A DNA stretch of 20,000 nt from an uncultured virus (IMG/VR IMGVR_UViG_3300034683_000137). Its lineage: Duplodnaviria > Heunggongvirae > Uroviricota > Caudoviricetes. Positions within the stretch are counted from its first letter, which is position 1. The number at the start of each line of letters is the position of its first letter. Position numbers and translations under genes: made by a program. Below are positions 7,000 through 17,038 of the stretch, piece by piece. The stretch lies in the IMG/VR virus record IMGVR_UViG_3300034683_000137, one strand, 5' to 3'. The notes beneath the pieces are model-generated. The model did no database searches. It worked only from the letters and a program-made list of their open reading frames with translations, and was not told the origin of the DNA.

Positions 7000-8715
7000 A
7001 TGGCTTATGTGCTTACAACTCAATGGGATGCTATTCAGGAAAGAAATATAGATCCATTTTCACCAGTATTTTCTGATAATCATAATAAATTATTAAAAAT
7101 ACTTGGAAGACAGAATATATACATCGATGGATTAGATTATACGTTTATATATGATTCAGCACAACAGAAGATAGTTATGCAGTTGACCAATGGTATTGTA
7201 GTTATGAACTATGTATGTATTGAATTTAAACAACCATCTACCATAGTAGTATTAGATCCTAATGCAGGCCCAATAAATCAAAAAGAATATTTTATAGTTG
7301 TTGAATATGAATATAGAAAAATACAACCACTAGCAGTTGCTTCCATTAAGACTATTCCAATAGAAACATATAATGAAACGAAACATTTAAAATTATTTTA
7401 TCTTAAAACTGGTAACTGGTTAACTTTACCAAGTGAATCAGCATTTAATACTTGGATTGCTAATGAGGATAATTTTAAAGATTTAAGAGCAGACCCAGCT
7501 TATCTTCCCAAATGGTTAACTGGAAGCTTTACGCCTATATATGGTGGTGTTATTGATGAAGATACAATAATCTATGTTGTTACTCCAACTGAACCAAATC
7601 AAGCAGCGAATAAGGAATATGTGGATACAGTAATAGCCAATCATGATTCTCAACATGATGATAGGTTTGTTAAGAAATCTGGAGACACTATGACTGGTGT
7701 ATTAACTTTAAGTGTACACCCATCAACTGTTAGAGATCCCTTGGGTAGTAGACAAGCAGCTACTAAAGGGTATGTAGACTATGCTGCTCAAGAAATAGAT
7801 AATAGATTGGTTGCTGATTATGTGCCTAAGCTTGGTACTACAATGACTGGATTTTTAACATTATATGATCATCCAGTTAATACAATGCATGCAGCTACAA
7901 AGGGTTTTGTTGATACCAGTATAAATAATTTAAAAAATTATGTTGATACCAATTTTGTTACACAAAACCAAGCAACTGGAACTTATGTTAAAAAAGCTGG
8001 AGATTCTATGACTGGTTATCTTACTCTCCATGCAGATCCAACTAATTTATTGCATGCTGCTACAAAACGATATGTTGATAATGAAATCACTGGTCTTAGA
8101 ACATATGCTAATAATACCTTTGCTACAAAAACAGAAGCTACCAATACTTATGTTAAAAAAGCTGGAGATGTAATGACTGGTACTCTGAAGATATCAGGTA
8201 CCACTAAAGCTGAAGGTTATTTATATGCAGGATCTACAGCACCAACAGCAGCTTATAGATTGAATTTAGATGGATATTTTTATGCTACAAGAGTGTATAA
8301 TGCAGTATATAATGACTTTGCTGATTGTTTGATACCTGAAGATGGTCTCTCATATGAAACTGCAAAAAATAAAATAGTAGCAATAGTAGACAATGATACT
8401 GTAGCATTAGCCAGTAAAGGATCTTCATCTGTAATTGGTATAGTTTCAGATTCTTATGCTTATTTAGCTGGTGGTAGTGAAGAAGAAATTAAATCTGGTA
8501 AAAAACTTCCAATATGTTCTGCTGGATATGTATGGGTAGATGTAGTAAATGTTGAAGATGCTCAAATTGGAGATTATATTATACCTGATGACAATGGTTA
8601 TGGGAAAGTTATTAGTAAAACAGAACGAAAACAATATGCTGATCAAATAGTTGGAAGAATTATTAATATTAATAAATCAGCCAATCAAGTTAGAGTTATG
8701 TTTATACCATCCTAA
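7000..8715 (+). CDS. Tail fibre protein with shaft repeats and a C-terminal chaperone-like domain
   Basis: 571 aa; four AA(T/N)KxYVD and four (Y/F)VxKxGxxMTGxL fibre repeats; 'NAVYNDFAD' (8299-8325) followed by a 'VIGIVSD...G.VWV...IGDYI...G.G...IVGR' beta domain; SD GAGGAGG. Confidence 0.8.
   Translation: MAYVLTTQWDAIQERNIDPFSPVFSDNHNKLLKILGRQNIYIDGLDYTFIYDSAQQKIVMQLTNGIVVMNYVCIEFKQPSTIVVLDPNAGPINQKEYFIVVEYEYRKIQPLAVASIKTIPIETYNETKHLKLFYLKTGNWLTLPSESAFNTWIANEDNFKDLRADPAYLPKWLTGSFTPIYGGVIDEDTIIYVVTPTEPNQAANKEYVDTVIANHDSQHDDRFVKKSGDTMTGVLTLSVHPSTVRDPLGSRQAATKGYVDYAAQEIDNRLVADYVPKLGTTMTGFLTLYDHPVNTMHAATKGFVDTSINNLKNYVDTNFVTQNQATGTYVKKAGDSMTGYLTLHADPTNLLHAATKRYVDNEITGLRTYANNTFATKTEATNTYVKKAGDVMTGTLKISGTTKAEGYLYAGSTAPTAAYRLNLDGYFYATRVYNAVYNDFADCLIPEDGLSYETAKNKIVAIVDNDTVALASKGSSSVIGIVSDSYAYLAGGSEEEIKSGKKLPICSAGYVWVDVVNVEDAQIGDYIIPDDNGYGKVISKTERKQYADQIVGRIININKSANQVRVMFIPS
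7585..8187 (+). repeat. Intragenic tail-fibre repeats (4 units of ~50-55 aa)
   Basis: Protein-level repeats; exact 24-nt duplicate ACTTATGTTAAAAAAGCTGGAGAT at 7981-8004 and 8146-8169 (165 nt apart). Confidence 0.85.
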
Positions 8716-8722
8716 GGAATGA

Positions 8723-9385
8723 TTGTATATGTGGACATCTCCTGATATAAGAGAGCATGTTAAAGAAGAAAGTGATTTCAGAATTGGTAAGGTTATAGAA
8801 ACATTAACTATAGAGGCAACTGGTAAATCAGTCGAAGAATACAAATATGTATATGTTGGAGATTCTCTAACATATTTGAATGTTCCAGATATATCTATTT
8901 CTTTTTTATTGGATAAGATAGATCAAGTGGTAGAGACTACAGAACAATATAATATGTCTCCTGATATGGATTATAAATCACCAGTATTAGCATATGATGA
9001 ATATAACAATACTACTTTCTTTATTTTAGTTCTTTTACTTAATAAAATAACTACTAATGCTAACTTCAGATCTGATTATTATCCTAACATTAAGTTATTA
9101 TCGAATGAACAAATAAAGGATATATTAATATCTAAAAAGCAATCTAATTCATATACTGCTAAGGAGATAACATCACCTGAAGAGTTTATAGAAATATATG
9201 AAGAATACATAAAGAATGGTAAAGATCCAGAAACATCTATAGATAATTGGCTTAATATTAAAATTCCCAATTTTGACTATACAGATATTCAGAATACGCC
9301 TGCATTTAAGAAGTTAGTAGAAGAAATTGGTTTGGACAAACTCACACAATATGTTTATATATTAGACAAATATATTAAGAAGTAA
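8723..9385 (+). CDS. Putative T4 gp53-like (LysM-like) baseplate wedge protein
   Basis: 'DYKSPVLAYDEYNNTTFFILVLLLNKI' resembles the gp53 'RPDxxAYxxYGxxxxxWxILxxNxI' motif. Start may be ATG 8729. Confidence 0.45.
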   Translation: MYMWTSPDIREHVKEESDFRIGKVIETLTIEATGKSVEEYKYVYVGDSLTYLNVPDISISFLLDKIDQVVETTEQYNMSPDMDYKSPVLAYDEYNNTTFFILVLLLNKITTNANFRSDYYPNIKLLSNEQIKDILISKKQSNSYTAKEITSPEEFIEIYEEYIKNGKDPETSIDNWLNIKIPNFDYTDIQNTPAFKKLVEEIGLDKLTQYVYILDKYIKK

Positions 9386-9405
9386 AATTAAAAGGTGGAA
9401 TAATT

Positions 9406-10392
9406 ATGTTTAAAGGATTGACTAATACACCATCTGATATATTTAATATAACTATACCAATATTGAGAAACCCACCAGATAGGAGAATTAATTTAGAAGA
9501 ACCACATAGACCCTTTGATGGTATTGATAGAGTTAATAATATATTAGCCAGTGCACTTTCAGCATCATATGCTGAATATATCAAGCAATTAACTCTGAAC
9601 AATATATCATTATCTGTTTTTCCTCAAGCAATTAGCTTATTACCAGCAATGATATACGTAACAGATGCAACATCTAAAGGTATTGTATTGAATATAGATG
9701 TGTGCTCTGCTCGTTTAGATATGACTAAAAATAAAATTATAGTCCAAGATTATAACAATTTTGCATCGTGTATATCATATGGTTTAACAAAGTTAATATT
9801 ATATGATATTGATAATGAAACAGTATTAAATTCATTGTATTTTGCAGCATGCGCATTCTGTTATTCTCTTTTAATGAGATGTTATATAAGAGATTTTGAT
9901 ATTTTAAAGACCTCAGATCAGGAACTTGGTACTGTTTTTTATCTTATAGCTAGGTTAATATGTTCACATTATTTTGATTTTCAGGGTAATGATAAAGCTA
10001 TTGCGTTTGGTGCGTTGAGAAGATTTTTCTCCAAAGAAAAGAACTCTAAGATTAGATTCAATATTAAAACAGATAAGTTACCAAGTGATAAAGTTTCAAG
10101 TTGGAACGATATATTTAGAATATTAACTGAATATAATATAATGCCAAATATTACAGTTGATGATTTCAGAAATAGAATTACACGTATGTTTGGTGCAACA
10201 TGTACTATATGTGTATCATCTGGTTTTGAATTAGTTGCTATGATGAATACAGTTAATATCGCTTCTGATATATTCTATACTAGAATAGGAAGCATCAATC
10301 CAAGTGCGATTAGGGTTGCTAAGAATGCTATACTAACACAGTTGAAATCATTATTACAACAATCAAACAATAAAGAGATAGAGATGATATAA
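9406..10392 (+). CDS. Hypothetical phage protein
   Basis: 328-aa ORF, SD-like AGGTGG, tightly packed between baseplate-like genes. No motif recognised. Confidence 0.75.
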   Translation: MFKGLTNTPSDIFNITIPILRNPPDRRINLEEPHRPFDGIDRVNNILASALSASYAEYIKQLTLNNISLSVFPQAISLLPAMIYVTDATSKGIVLNIDVCSARLDMTKNKIIVQDYNNFASCISYGLTKLILYDIDNETVLNSLYFAACAFCYSLLMRCYIRDFDILKTSDQELGTVFYLIARLICSHYFDFQGNDKAIAFGALRRFFSKEKNSKIRFNIKTDKLPSDKVSSWNDIFRILTEYNIMPNITVDDFRNRITRMFGATCTICVSSGFELVAMMNTVNIASDIFYTRIGSINPSAIRVAKNAILTQLKSLLQQSNNKEIEMI

Positions 10393-10393
10393 T

Positions 10394-11623
10394 ATGCCTG
10401 ATGCAGATGTTAAACAAAGTGCATTTGATATAAAAGCAGAGTTTAAATTTACTAAGACTTCTCTTGTTTTGCAAGAAGAGATTCTTGAAGTTGCATTTAT
10501 CATGCAGAATCATAAATTAGTGCCACGTATGAAAATGAACTTTAGAATTGATAATAGATATAGAAATTTACTCCTTATGCCTTATACTGTCCACGTTATT
10601 ATTGTTGAAAAGAATATGGGTGAAACAGAAAGAACTTTAATAGATAGTGAATGGTTGAGTTTTGGTCAAGCTGTGATTGATATACATAGAGAAGCAGATT
10701 TATCTTCCAGACCAGATGTAATAAATGTTAGGCATGAATATGTTGCTAAAGACGCATATACTGGTGTTAATACTGTTGTTGGTGGTCTTTATGAGAATGT
10801 TAAAGTTATAGATGTTATTAATAGTCTATGGTCAAAAACAAATCATGGAAAATTAAGATTAAATGTATCCAAATTAGATAATTCTGAGAAATATGAACAG
10901 ATATGGATACCAAATAATAAGTTCTTTGTCAATTTAGCATATATATCTCAACGATATGGAATGTTCAATATTCCCCCTATTATTTATACTAATTTACATG
11001 ATAATGTAGCATATATTAAATCCTTAAACGAAGCAACATCAGATAAAGCTCTGGAATTATATGGTGATTTACCACAAGAAGATCAAGATAAAATAAGGAT
11101 AGATGATGGACAGTATTTTTTGCCAAATCTTCCTTCATTAACAAATTCATTTAATAGTATTGCTGCACTCATTCCAAAGAAAATAACACTATGCAAAAAA
11201 AGTGATACTGGTTTGTATAAAGAAAGTGAAATAGATGTAATGAGTTTAATACGTTCTATGAAGTTTGTAGATAGTGTTGATTCGTTTGAAAATTATTTGG
11301 ACAAAATAGTACAACCAAATACTAAAATATACCTAGATCAGAGTAATGAATATTCTTTAAGAGAAAGTATAGCTTCTATAATATTGAATACAGTTAAACC
11401 TATATCTGTTCGTATTTCCCAACCTTTTAGATTTCCACATTGGTATATAGGCAGAAAAGTTGTATTGAAATATAAGCATATAAACTATAAAATAGGAAGT
11501 GAAATAACGTTTTTTATATCAGGTATTCAATTTAATATCAAACGAACTAAGGTCAAAAATGCACAAGGTGCTATAAATGTAATGTTAAATGCAGTATCTA
11601 CTCATGATTCATATGTTGGATAG
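10394..11623 (+). CDS. Putative baseplate hub protein (T4 gp27-like)
   Basis: 409 aa with beta-rich termini; central 'KVIDVINSLW...LDNSEKYEQIWIPN...LAYISQRYG' and C-terminal 'IGRKVVL...FFISGIQF' fit the hub layout. Size and context are consistent. Confidence 0.5.
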   Translation: MPDADVKQSAFDIKAEFKFTKTSLVLQEEILEVAFIMQNHKLVPRMKMNFRIDNRYRNLLLMPYTVHVIIVEKNMGETERTLIDSEWLSFGQAVIDIHREADLSSRPDVINVRHEYVAKDAYTGVNTVVGGLYENVKVIDVINSLWSKTNHGKLRLNVSKLDNSEKYEQIWIPNNKFFVNLAYISQRYGMFNIPPIIYTNLHDNVAYIKSLNEATSDKALELYGDLPQEDQDKIRIDDGQYFLPNLPSLTNSFNSIAALIPKKITLCKKSDTGLYKESEIDVMSLIRSMKFVDSVDSFENYLDKIVQPNTKIYLDQSNEYSLRESIASIILNTVKPISVRISQPFRFPHWYIGRKVVLKYKHINYKIGSEITFFISGIQFNIKRTKVKNAQGAINVMLNAVSTHDSYVG

Positions 11624-11640
11624 GTAAAGGAAGAATCAGT

Positions 11641-13329
11641 ATGAAAGCTGAAGAGCAAGCTAAAGAATTTTTTAAATGCTTATATGATATAACATACTTC
11701 TTTAAAAATTATGTATTGATACCTGTTCCTGGATTGGGTACAACAGTCAATTTGAATCTATATCCCAGTCAGATGAAATATATCAACGCTCTAAAAGAAA
11801 TTTGGACTAAAAAAGAAAAAGATGGTATTCTTTTGCTTGCATCGAGACAATGTGGTAAAACTGTAATGAATGAAGCTGTTATAGCATATTTAATGATATT
11901 TAATGATAATTATGATGTGCTCTTTATGACAAGAGATCTAAAGCAGGGTAGAGAAACTTTACAAGAAGTTAAAGATATCATAAATAGATTGCCTGATTGG
12001 ATGAGGCCATCTTATACTATTAATAAAGCTGAAGAGTTTAAATTGTCAAATGGTTCATCTTTGATTTTACAAGCAAGTAATAAGACTAGAGATATTAACT
12101 CATCTAAAGGTAGAGGTTTGAGACCTACATTTATATGGATAGATGAGGCTGCATTTATACATTTGGAGGACCATTTAAAGGCTATTTTAAATGCAGCTGG
12201 ATATACGTTTAAAGTAGCTAGAGAAAATAACATACCTTATGGTGTAGTTTTATCTTCTACTCCAAATGGAAGAACTGGTAAAGGTGAAAAGTTTTATAAG
12301 ATGTGGATGGAAAGTATTACTGATCCAGAGAGATCAGCATATATTCCAGTTAAAATCCATTGGTCTGAGATACCAGTATATGATAATGATTGGTATGAAA
12401 AGCAAAAAGCTTTAAATAACTATGATGAGAAAACAATGAATCAGGAATATGAACTGTTATTTTTAGGTAGCTCAGATTCTATATTTCCTGATGATATTAT
12501 TAAAAGATTACAAGATGAATCACTTTCCTATCCACCAATATCAACTACAACATTGCCAGATGGATACATTTACTGGTTTGAAGAACCAGATGATAATAAG
12601 AGATATATAATAGGTATAGATACTGCTACATCCAATGGTACAGATTATTCTGCTGTAGAAGTTATTAATTATGATACTGGAGAACAAGTAGCTGAAGGTA
12701 TGTTCAAATGTCAAGTTATTAAATTCTGTGAACAATATATTCCAGCTATAGTAGATAAATTAAAAAATAAATTATTAGTAATAGAATCCAATGCTGTTGG
12801 AAATCAAACAATAGAAATGCTAAAAGTAAAATATGAAAAATATATAATACGAGATGAATTGAGCAGAAATAAAGATAAATATGGTATAACTATGTCAGCA
12901 GTTACTAGACCCTTATTAATGGAACAGATATATGAATTATTTACAAGACATGATAATCTTGTTAAATCTAAGAACCTAAGATTACAGGCAACATCACTTA
13001 TCAGAAAATCATCAGGACGAATAGAAGGAGAGCCAAATGATGATTTAGTATTTGCTATAGGAATGTGTTTCTTGGTAACAAATCATTTGAACTTGACAAA
13101 GTATTTTGATATACTAGACTTTGAGAACAGTGGTGTAGATATATTTGATACTGTAAGTGTAGCTGGAAGCTCAAATATACAAATTAATAATGATGATTTC
13201 TTTATTTTGTCTGATACTAAATCAGACTTAGTTAGATCTATAGTTGAGTATAATTTATTAAAAGGCAACAAGAACAAATCTATGAACAATAATGATGAAG
13301 AAGATGATATTGCCAGATATATTGTTTAA
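11641..13329 (+). CDS. terL: Terminase large subunit (T4 gp17-like)
   Basis: Adenine-binding 'LYPSQ', Walker A 'SRQCGKT', 'GRG', Walker B 'FIWIDEAAF', coupling 'SSTPNG', nuclease 'IGIDTA...DYS', 'IESN', 'NDDLVFA'. Confidence 0.95.
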   Translation: MKAEEQAKEFFKCLYDITYFFKNYVLIPVPGLGTTVNLNLYPSQMKYINALKEIWTKKEKDGILLLASRQCGKTVMNEAVIAYLMIFNDNYDVLFMTRDLKQGRETLQEVKDIINRLPDWMRPSYTINKAEEFKLSNGSSLILQASNKTRDINSSKGRGLRPTFIWIDEAAFIHLEDHLKAILNAAGYTFKVARENNIPYGVVLSSTPNGRTGKGEKFYKMWMESITDPERSAYIPVKIHWSEIPVYDNDWYEKQKALNNYDEKTMNQEYELLFLGSSDSIFPDDIIKRLQDESLSYPPISTTTLPDGYIYWFEEPDDNKRYIIGIDTATSNGTDYSAVEVINYDTGEQVAEGMFKCQVIKFCEQYIPAIVDKLKNKLLVIESNAVGNQTIEMLKVKYEKYIIRDELSRNKDKYGITMSAVTRPLLMEQIYELFTRHDNLVKSKNLRLQATSLIRKSSGRIEGEPNDDLVFAIGMCFLVTNHLNLTKYFDILDFENSGVDIFDTVSVAGSSNIQINNDDFFILSDTKSDLVRSIVEYNLLKGNKNKSMNNNDEEDDIARYIV

Positions 13330-13351
13330 AGAGTAAGGGAGATGATTATTA

Positions 13352-14359
13352 TTGTATAACCTTTATCATTTTTTAAAAGATATATGTGGTATGAAATATA
13401 TTGTTTGTGAAAAGACTTTGCTTTATGATGTAAAGCATTATTATGATTGGATTGTTTCATATGATGTATTAAATAATATTTTAACCAATTATAATAATAT
13501 AATTAATTTATTTTGGAAAGAATTAAAACCATATTCTAAAAGAACAACACCATCTAAACCTAATGATGAATTTATTATAAAGTACATATATCCAAAACAA
13601 GAATTATTTACATCTAATATTATAAAGATAGATATGCAAAGAGCATTTACAACGTATGCTGAACAAGTATTAGATGCAGATGCATTAGCTCTTTATACTA
13701 AGATGTGTACTATTTTAGCATCCTCAAGTTATCTTCCCAAAAGAGCAAAGAAATTTTTATATAATTATTTTCTAACAAACATTATTATTCATTGTATGGG
13801 TATTGATACATTATATAAACTAAGATATATGGTTTATGATGATGTATTGTATGTTGCTGAACGTATTGGGGACATCATTAAAAGTGAAGTAGATGGAGCA
13901 TATATAAAACCATATAAAATGAGGATATTAAATGATATCTATGATATATATGGTCAAATATCAACAACTGTTTATAAATGGGTACTCTTTAAACAAAAGT
14001 ATATGATTGGTGTAATAAACAAAAATAATCAGGTTACATTTAAAGGATTTGATTCTTTAAGCCCCAATATATTCTATAGTCTAATATCCAGATTGTGTTT
14101 AGCTACATCTGAACGTGATATGGATTATATTATTGATACATTCTTATTCAATAATACTGATTCATTATTAGATTTTGCTTATAAAACTACAGATGGCTCA
14201 AGTATAAAATTAAAGCTAAAGAATATGACAGCTATAATCAACAGCGATGATATTGATCTATCATCATATAATGATATGCATAATAGAATAGATTTTGCAT
14301 ATTATGTAAATGAGATATATCCTATCTTATCATCAATATTCAGTAATATAACTATATGA
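13352..14359 (+). CDS. Small, divergent family-B DNA polymerase-like protein (catalytic core only)
   Basis: Motifs in PolB order: A 'IKIDMQRAF' (D94), B 'KFLYN' (K134, N138), C 'KSEVDGAYI' (D181), then 'KQKY' and 'FKG'. No room for a 3'-5' exonuclease domain. Confidence 0.6.
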   Translation: MYNLYHFLKDICGMKYIVCEKTLLYDVKHYYDWIVSYDVLNNILTNYNNIINLFWKELKPYSKRTTPSKPNDEFIIKYIYPKQELFTSNIIKIDMQRAFTTYAEQVLDADALALYTKMCTILASSSYLPKRAKKFLYNYFLTNIIIHCMGIDTLYKLRYMVYDDVLYVAERIGDIIKSEVDGAYIKPYKMRILNDIYDIYGQISTTVYKWVLFKQKYMIGVINKNNQVTFKGFDSLSPNIFYSLISRLCLATSERDMDYIIDTFLFNNTDSLLDFAYKTTDGSSIKLKLKNMTAIINSDDIDLSSYNDMHNRIDFAYYVNEIYPILSSIFSNITI

Positions 14360-14381
14360 GATCATAAGGAGATCAAAGTAA

Positions 14382-15350
14382 ATGACGCCAGAAACATTTA
14401 GAAATTTTATTCTCAAACTTGAAGAAAACAAATTAATAGAATCTCCTTTAAGTACAGTTATTATAGGCCAAATGGATTCAGGAGGAATATATCCAAGAGG
14501 CAATAGAGCACCTAATGGAGTTATATTTGATTGGAGAACAAACAAAATATATTATGACGAATCTTTTATACTTACAGCAATAGATAATATATCTACAAGT
14601 GTTAAAAACTTTCTTGCTAAAAATATATTATTAAAAAATGAGAAAGATATACTTAAAAGAATGATGGGAGAAAACATTGGAAAAGTCCTTGCCACAATAT
14701 TATATAGTGGTATCCATGCATATAATGCCCATCAACGTGGTTCTCTCATTAATTATGAATCAAATGATACATTTTATAAGAATTTCTTTTTTAAATTACT
14801 TTATGAATTTACCCAATTATCTACAATGTCTAAAATGTTGGCATCATTATGGTATAAAAGATATCTCAATATCATTCTTGAGTATTTTGAAATACCTATG
14901 CTTCAAGGCATGTCAAAAATAAATAAGAATACAATCAATACAGTTATCTATTTATTTAATGAAATATATAAAGATACTTTAGAATATCTGAATCAACGTG
15001 ATATAGATCAACCAAGTTTGGACTCATATAAAGAATGGTTTGATACATTTATTAAAGAGTTTATTATATGTGTAAGAAATCAAAATCACAGATTAAAGAT
15101 CTTTAATCAGGAATTTCTTGATAGATATGAATTTAAAGTATTATCTATTAAATCTTTAGATACATCATATTCCCTTATAAGTACAGTTAAAGTGGTAGAT
15201 TTTAGATATCCTGTGCCCATATTTAGAGAGCTTTTTGTAACAAGTGAGCCTATGGCACAATATATCTATGCTTTATCTATAAATGCTAAATTATTAGCTG
15301 ATCCAAATATTCAAACAATATGTGCACGTGGGATATCTTTTTTGTCATAA
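14382..15350 (+). CDS. Hypothetical phage protein
   Basis: 322-aa ORF, SD AAGGAG. Only a weak resemblance to a degenerate zincin helix ('LATILYSGIHAYNAH'). Confidence 0.75.
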   Translation: MTPETFRNFILKLEENKLIESPLSTVIIGQMDSGGIYPRGNRAPNGVIFDWRTNKIYYDESFILTAIDNISTSVKNFLAKNILLKNEKDILKRMMGENIGKVLATILYSGIHAYNAHQRGSLINYESNDTFYKNFFFKLLYEFTQLSTMSKMLASLWYKRYLNIILEYFEIPMLQGMSKINKNTINTVIYLFNEIYKDTLEYLNQRDIDQPSLDSYKEWFDTFIKEFIICVRNQNHRLKIFNQEFLDRYEFKVLSIKSLDTSYSLISTVKVVDFRYPVPIFRELFVTSEPMAQYIYALSINAKLLADPNIQTICARGISFLS

Positions 15351-15419
15351 TATTCTTTTATTTTATTTGTAATATTAAGTTTAGTAATAAAAACAAAATT
15401 TTATTGGGAGGAATGTAAT

Positions 15420-17033
15420 ATGGCAACAAATATTTTTCCAGGAGTTTATACTACAATAGTCGATGAATCTTTCACTATGCAGCCACTTCCAGGTACTATT
15501 GGATTTATTTGTTTATTTTCAGAAAAAGGACCAGATAATGTACCTAGGATGACCACTTCAGTACAGGATCTAATTAATACCTATGGTGTAGGTAATCCTG
15601 CCAAATATGGACAAGGTTGGTATGTAGCAAAACAGTATTTAAGCATTCTTGGTAATCTTTATGTAATGAGAGTATTACCAGAAACTGCTGGATTTGCTAA
15701 TTTGGGATTAAAATATAATGTTGGTACTGATAGCGTTAGCACAGTATTTTTAACGAATATAGCTTCAGTAGCTGCTATATTAACAAAAATTACTGATGGT
15801 AATGCTGATGCAATATTTTATCCAGTAGGAAGAGGATCTTGGTACAATGATGTTGCTATCAAATTAACACCATCTTCAGAATATGCTGGTCTGTTTAGTT
15901 GCTACAATATAGATATTTATCAGAAGACATCTGAAGGAGAATATGTTATAGCAGAATCATTCTTAATTTCCTTTGACAAAGATGCTGTAGATTATACTAA
16001 TGAAAGTCTATTTGTAGAATATGTTTTAGATAAATATTCTCAATTATTGAGAGTTAAAGTATCTGATAATATAGACACTACTAAAGATTGGTCTGTTCCC
16101 TTTACAACTTTTCTTAATTTAAAAAATGGTGACGATGGTAACCTCTTTAATGCAACTACTGGATTTCTTGATTGGACTGTTGCCACTCAGCTTCTGGTAA
16201 GAGGATACACTGGTACACTTACAAATCCTTTTACTGGCAATCTAAATGATGAATTGACTGATCCTGAGTGTTTAATGTTTTCAGTAGTATTTGATGCTGG
16301 ATATCCAACTGCAGTAAAAGATGCCATTGTAGATCTGTGTGATATAAGAACAGATTGTTTTGCATTCTTGGATAATGGAGATAATCCTTCTCCTGCTGCA
16401 GCTATCCAAACTAGAACAACTGATCATAATTATAACAACTATAGAGCAGCATTATTTGAAATGTATACTAAAGTATATGATGCATATACTGGTAAATATT
16501 ATTGGTTTTCTCCAATATATCATGTTGCTAAAGCATTTGCTAAAACAGATAGAGATTATGATTTATGGTGGCCAACTGCTGGATTGACCAGGGGCGTTGT
16601 TGATGGTATCAAAGATATAAGGTATAAGTTGGTTGGTGGATATAAAGATCAGTTTAAGTTAAATCAACTTAATCCAATAATGAGATGGTCCAATGGTGGA
16701 GATTGTATATGGGGTAACTGGACTACTCAATCTAGACCAAGTGCTTTACAGAATATTCACGTTGTTTTGACATTATTGTATATTAAGAGAGTGCTTGAAT
16801 GGAATTTAAAGTATTATATCTTTGATCTAAATGATGAATATACTTGGGAATTGATTAAAGGTAACGTGACTGCATTCCTTGGTGAACTAAGATCCAAGAG
16901 AGCACTTGAATGGTTTAAAGTCAATGTATTTGCAAATGATTATGATAAAAAGCTTAACAGATGCCAAGTACAGATTAATCTACAAATAACTGGCGCAATA
17001 GAAGTTATTAGTATTACTCTTACTGTCCAATAG
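15420..17033 (+). CDS. Contractile tail sheath protein
   Basis: N-terminal 'PGVYTTIVDES', 'KGP', 'LYVMRV', 'G.WYN'; C-terminal 'R.DCFAFLD', 'WWPTAGLTRG', 'LNPI', 'IWGNWT...SALQNIHV'; SD GGGAGG. Confidence 0.93.
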   Translation: MATNIFPGVYTTIVDESFTMQPLPGTIGFICLFSEKGPDNVPRMTTSVQDLINTYGVGNPAKYGQGWYVAKQYLSILGNLYVMRVLPETAGFANLGLKYNVGTDSVSTVFLTNIASVAAILTKITDGNADAIFYPVGRGSWYNDVAIKLTPSSEYAGLFSCYNIDIYQKTSEGEYVIAESFLISFDKDAVDYTNESLFVEYVLDKYSQLLRVKVSDNIDTTKDWSVPFTTFLNLKNGDDGNLFNATTGFLDWTVATQLLVRGYTGTLTNPFTGNLNDELTDPECLMFSVVFDAGYPTAVKDAIVDLCDIRTDCFAFLDNGDNPSPAAAIQTRTTDHNYNNYRAALFEMYTKVYDAYTGKYYWFSPIYHVAKAFAKTDRDYDLWWPTAGLTRGVVDGIKDIRYKLVGGYKDQFKLNQLNPIMRWSNGGDCIWGNWTTQSRPSALQNIHVVLTLLYIKRVLEWNLKYYIFDLNDEYTWELIKGNVTAFLGELRSKRALEWFKVNVFANDYDKKLNRCQVQINLQITGAIEVISITLTVQ

Positions 17034-17038
17034 TTCCA

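Noticed and set aside
7000..8715. Diversity-generating retroelement target or invertible fibre cassette
   Set aside because: No reverse transcriptase, invertase or adenine-specific TR/VR pair seen; the repeats are ordinary shaft repeats.
11641..13329. Intein or intron in the terminase (or helicase)
   Set aside because: Motifs are contiguous at normal spacing and the lengths are typical; no intein termini noticed.
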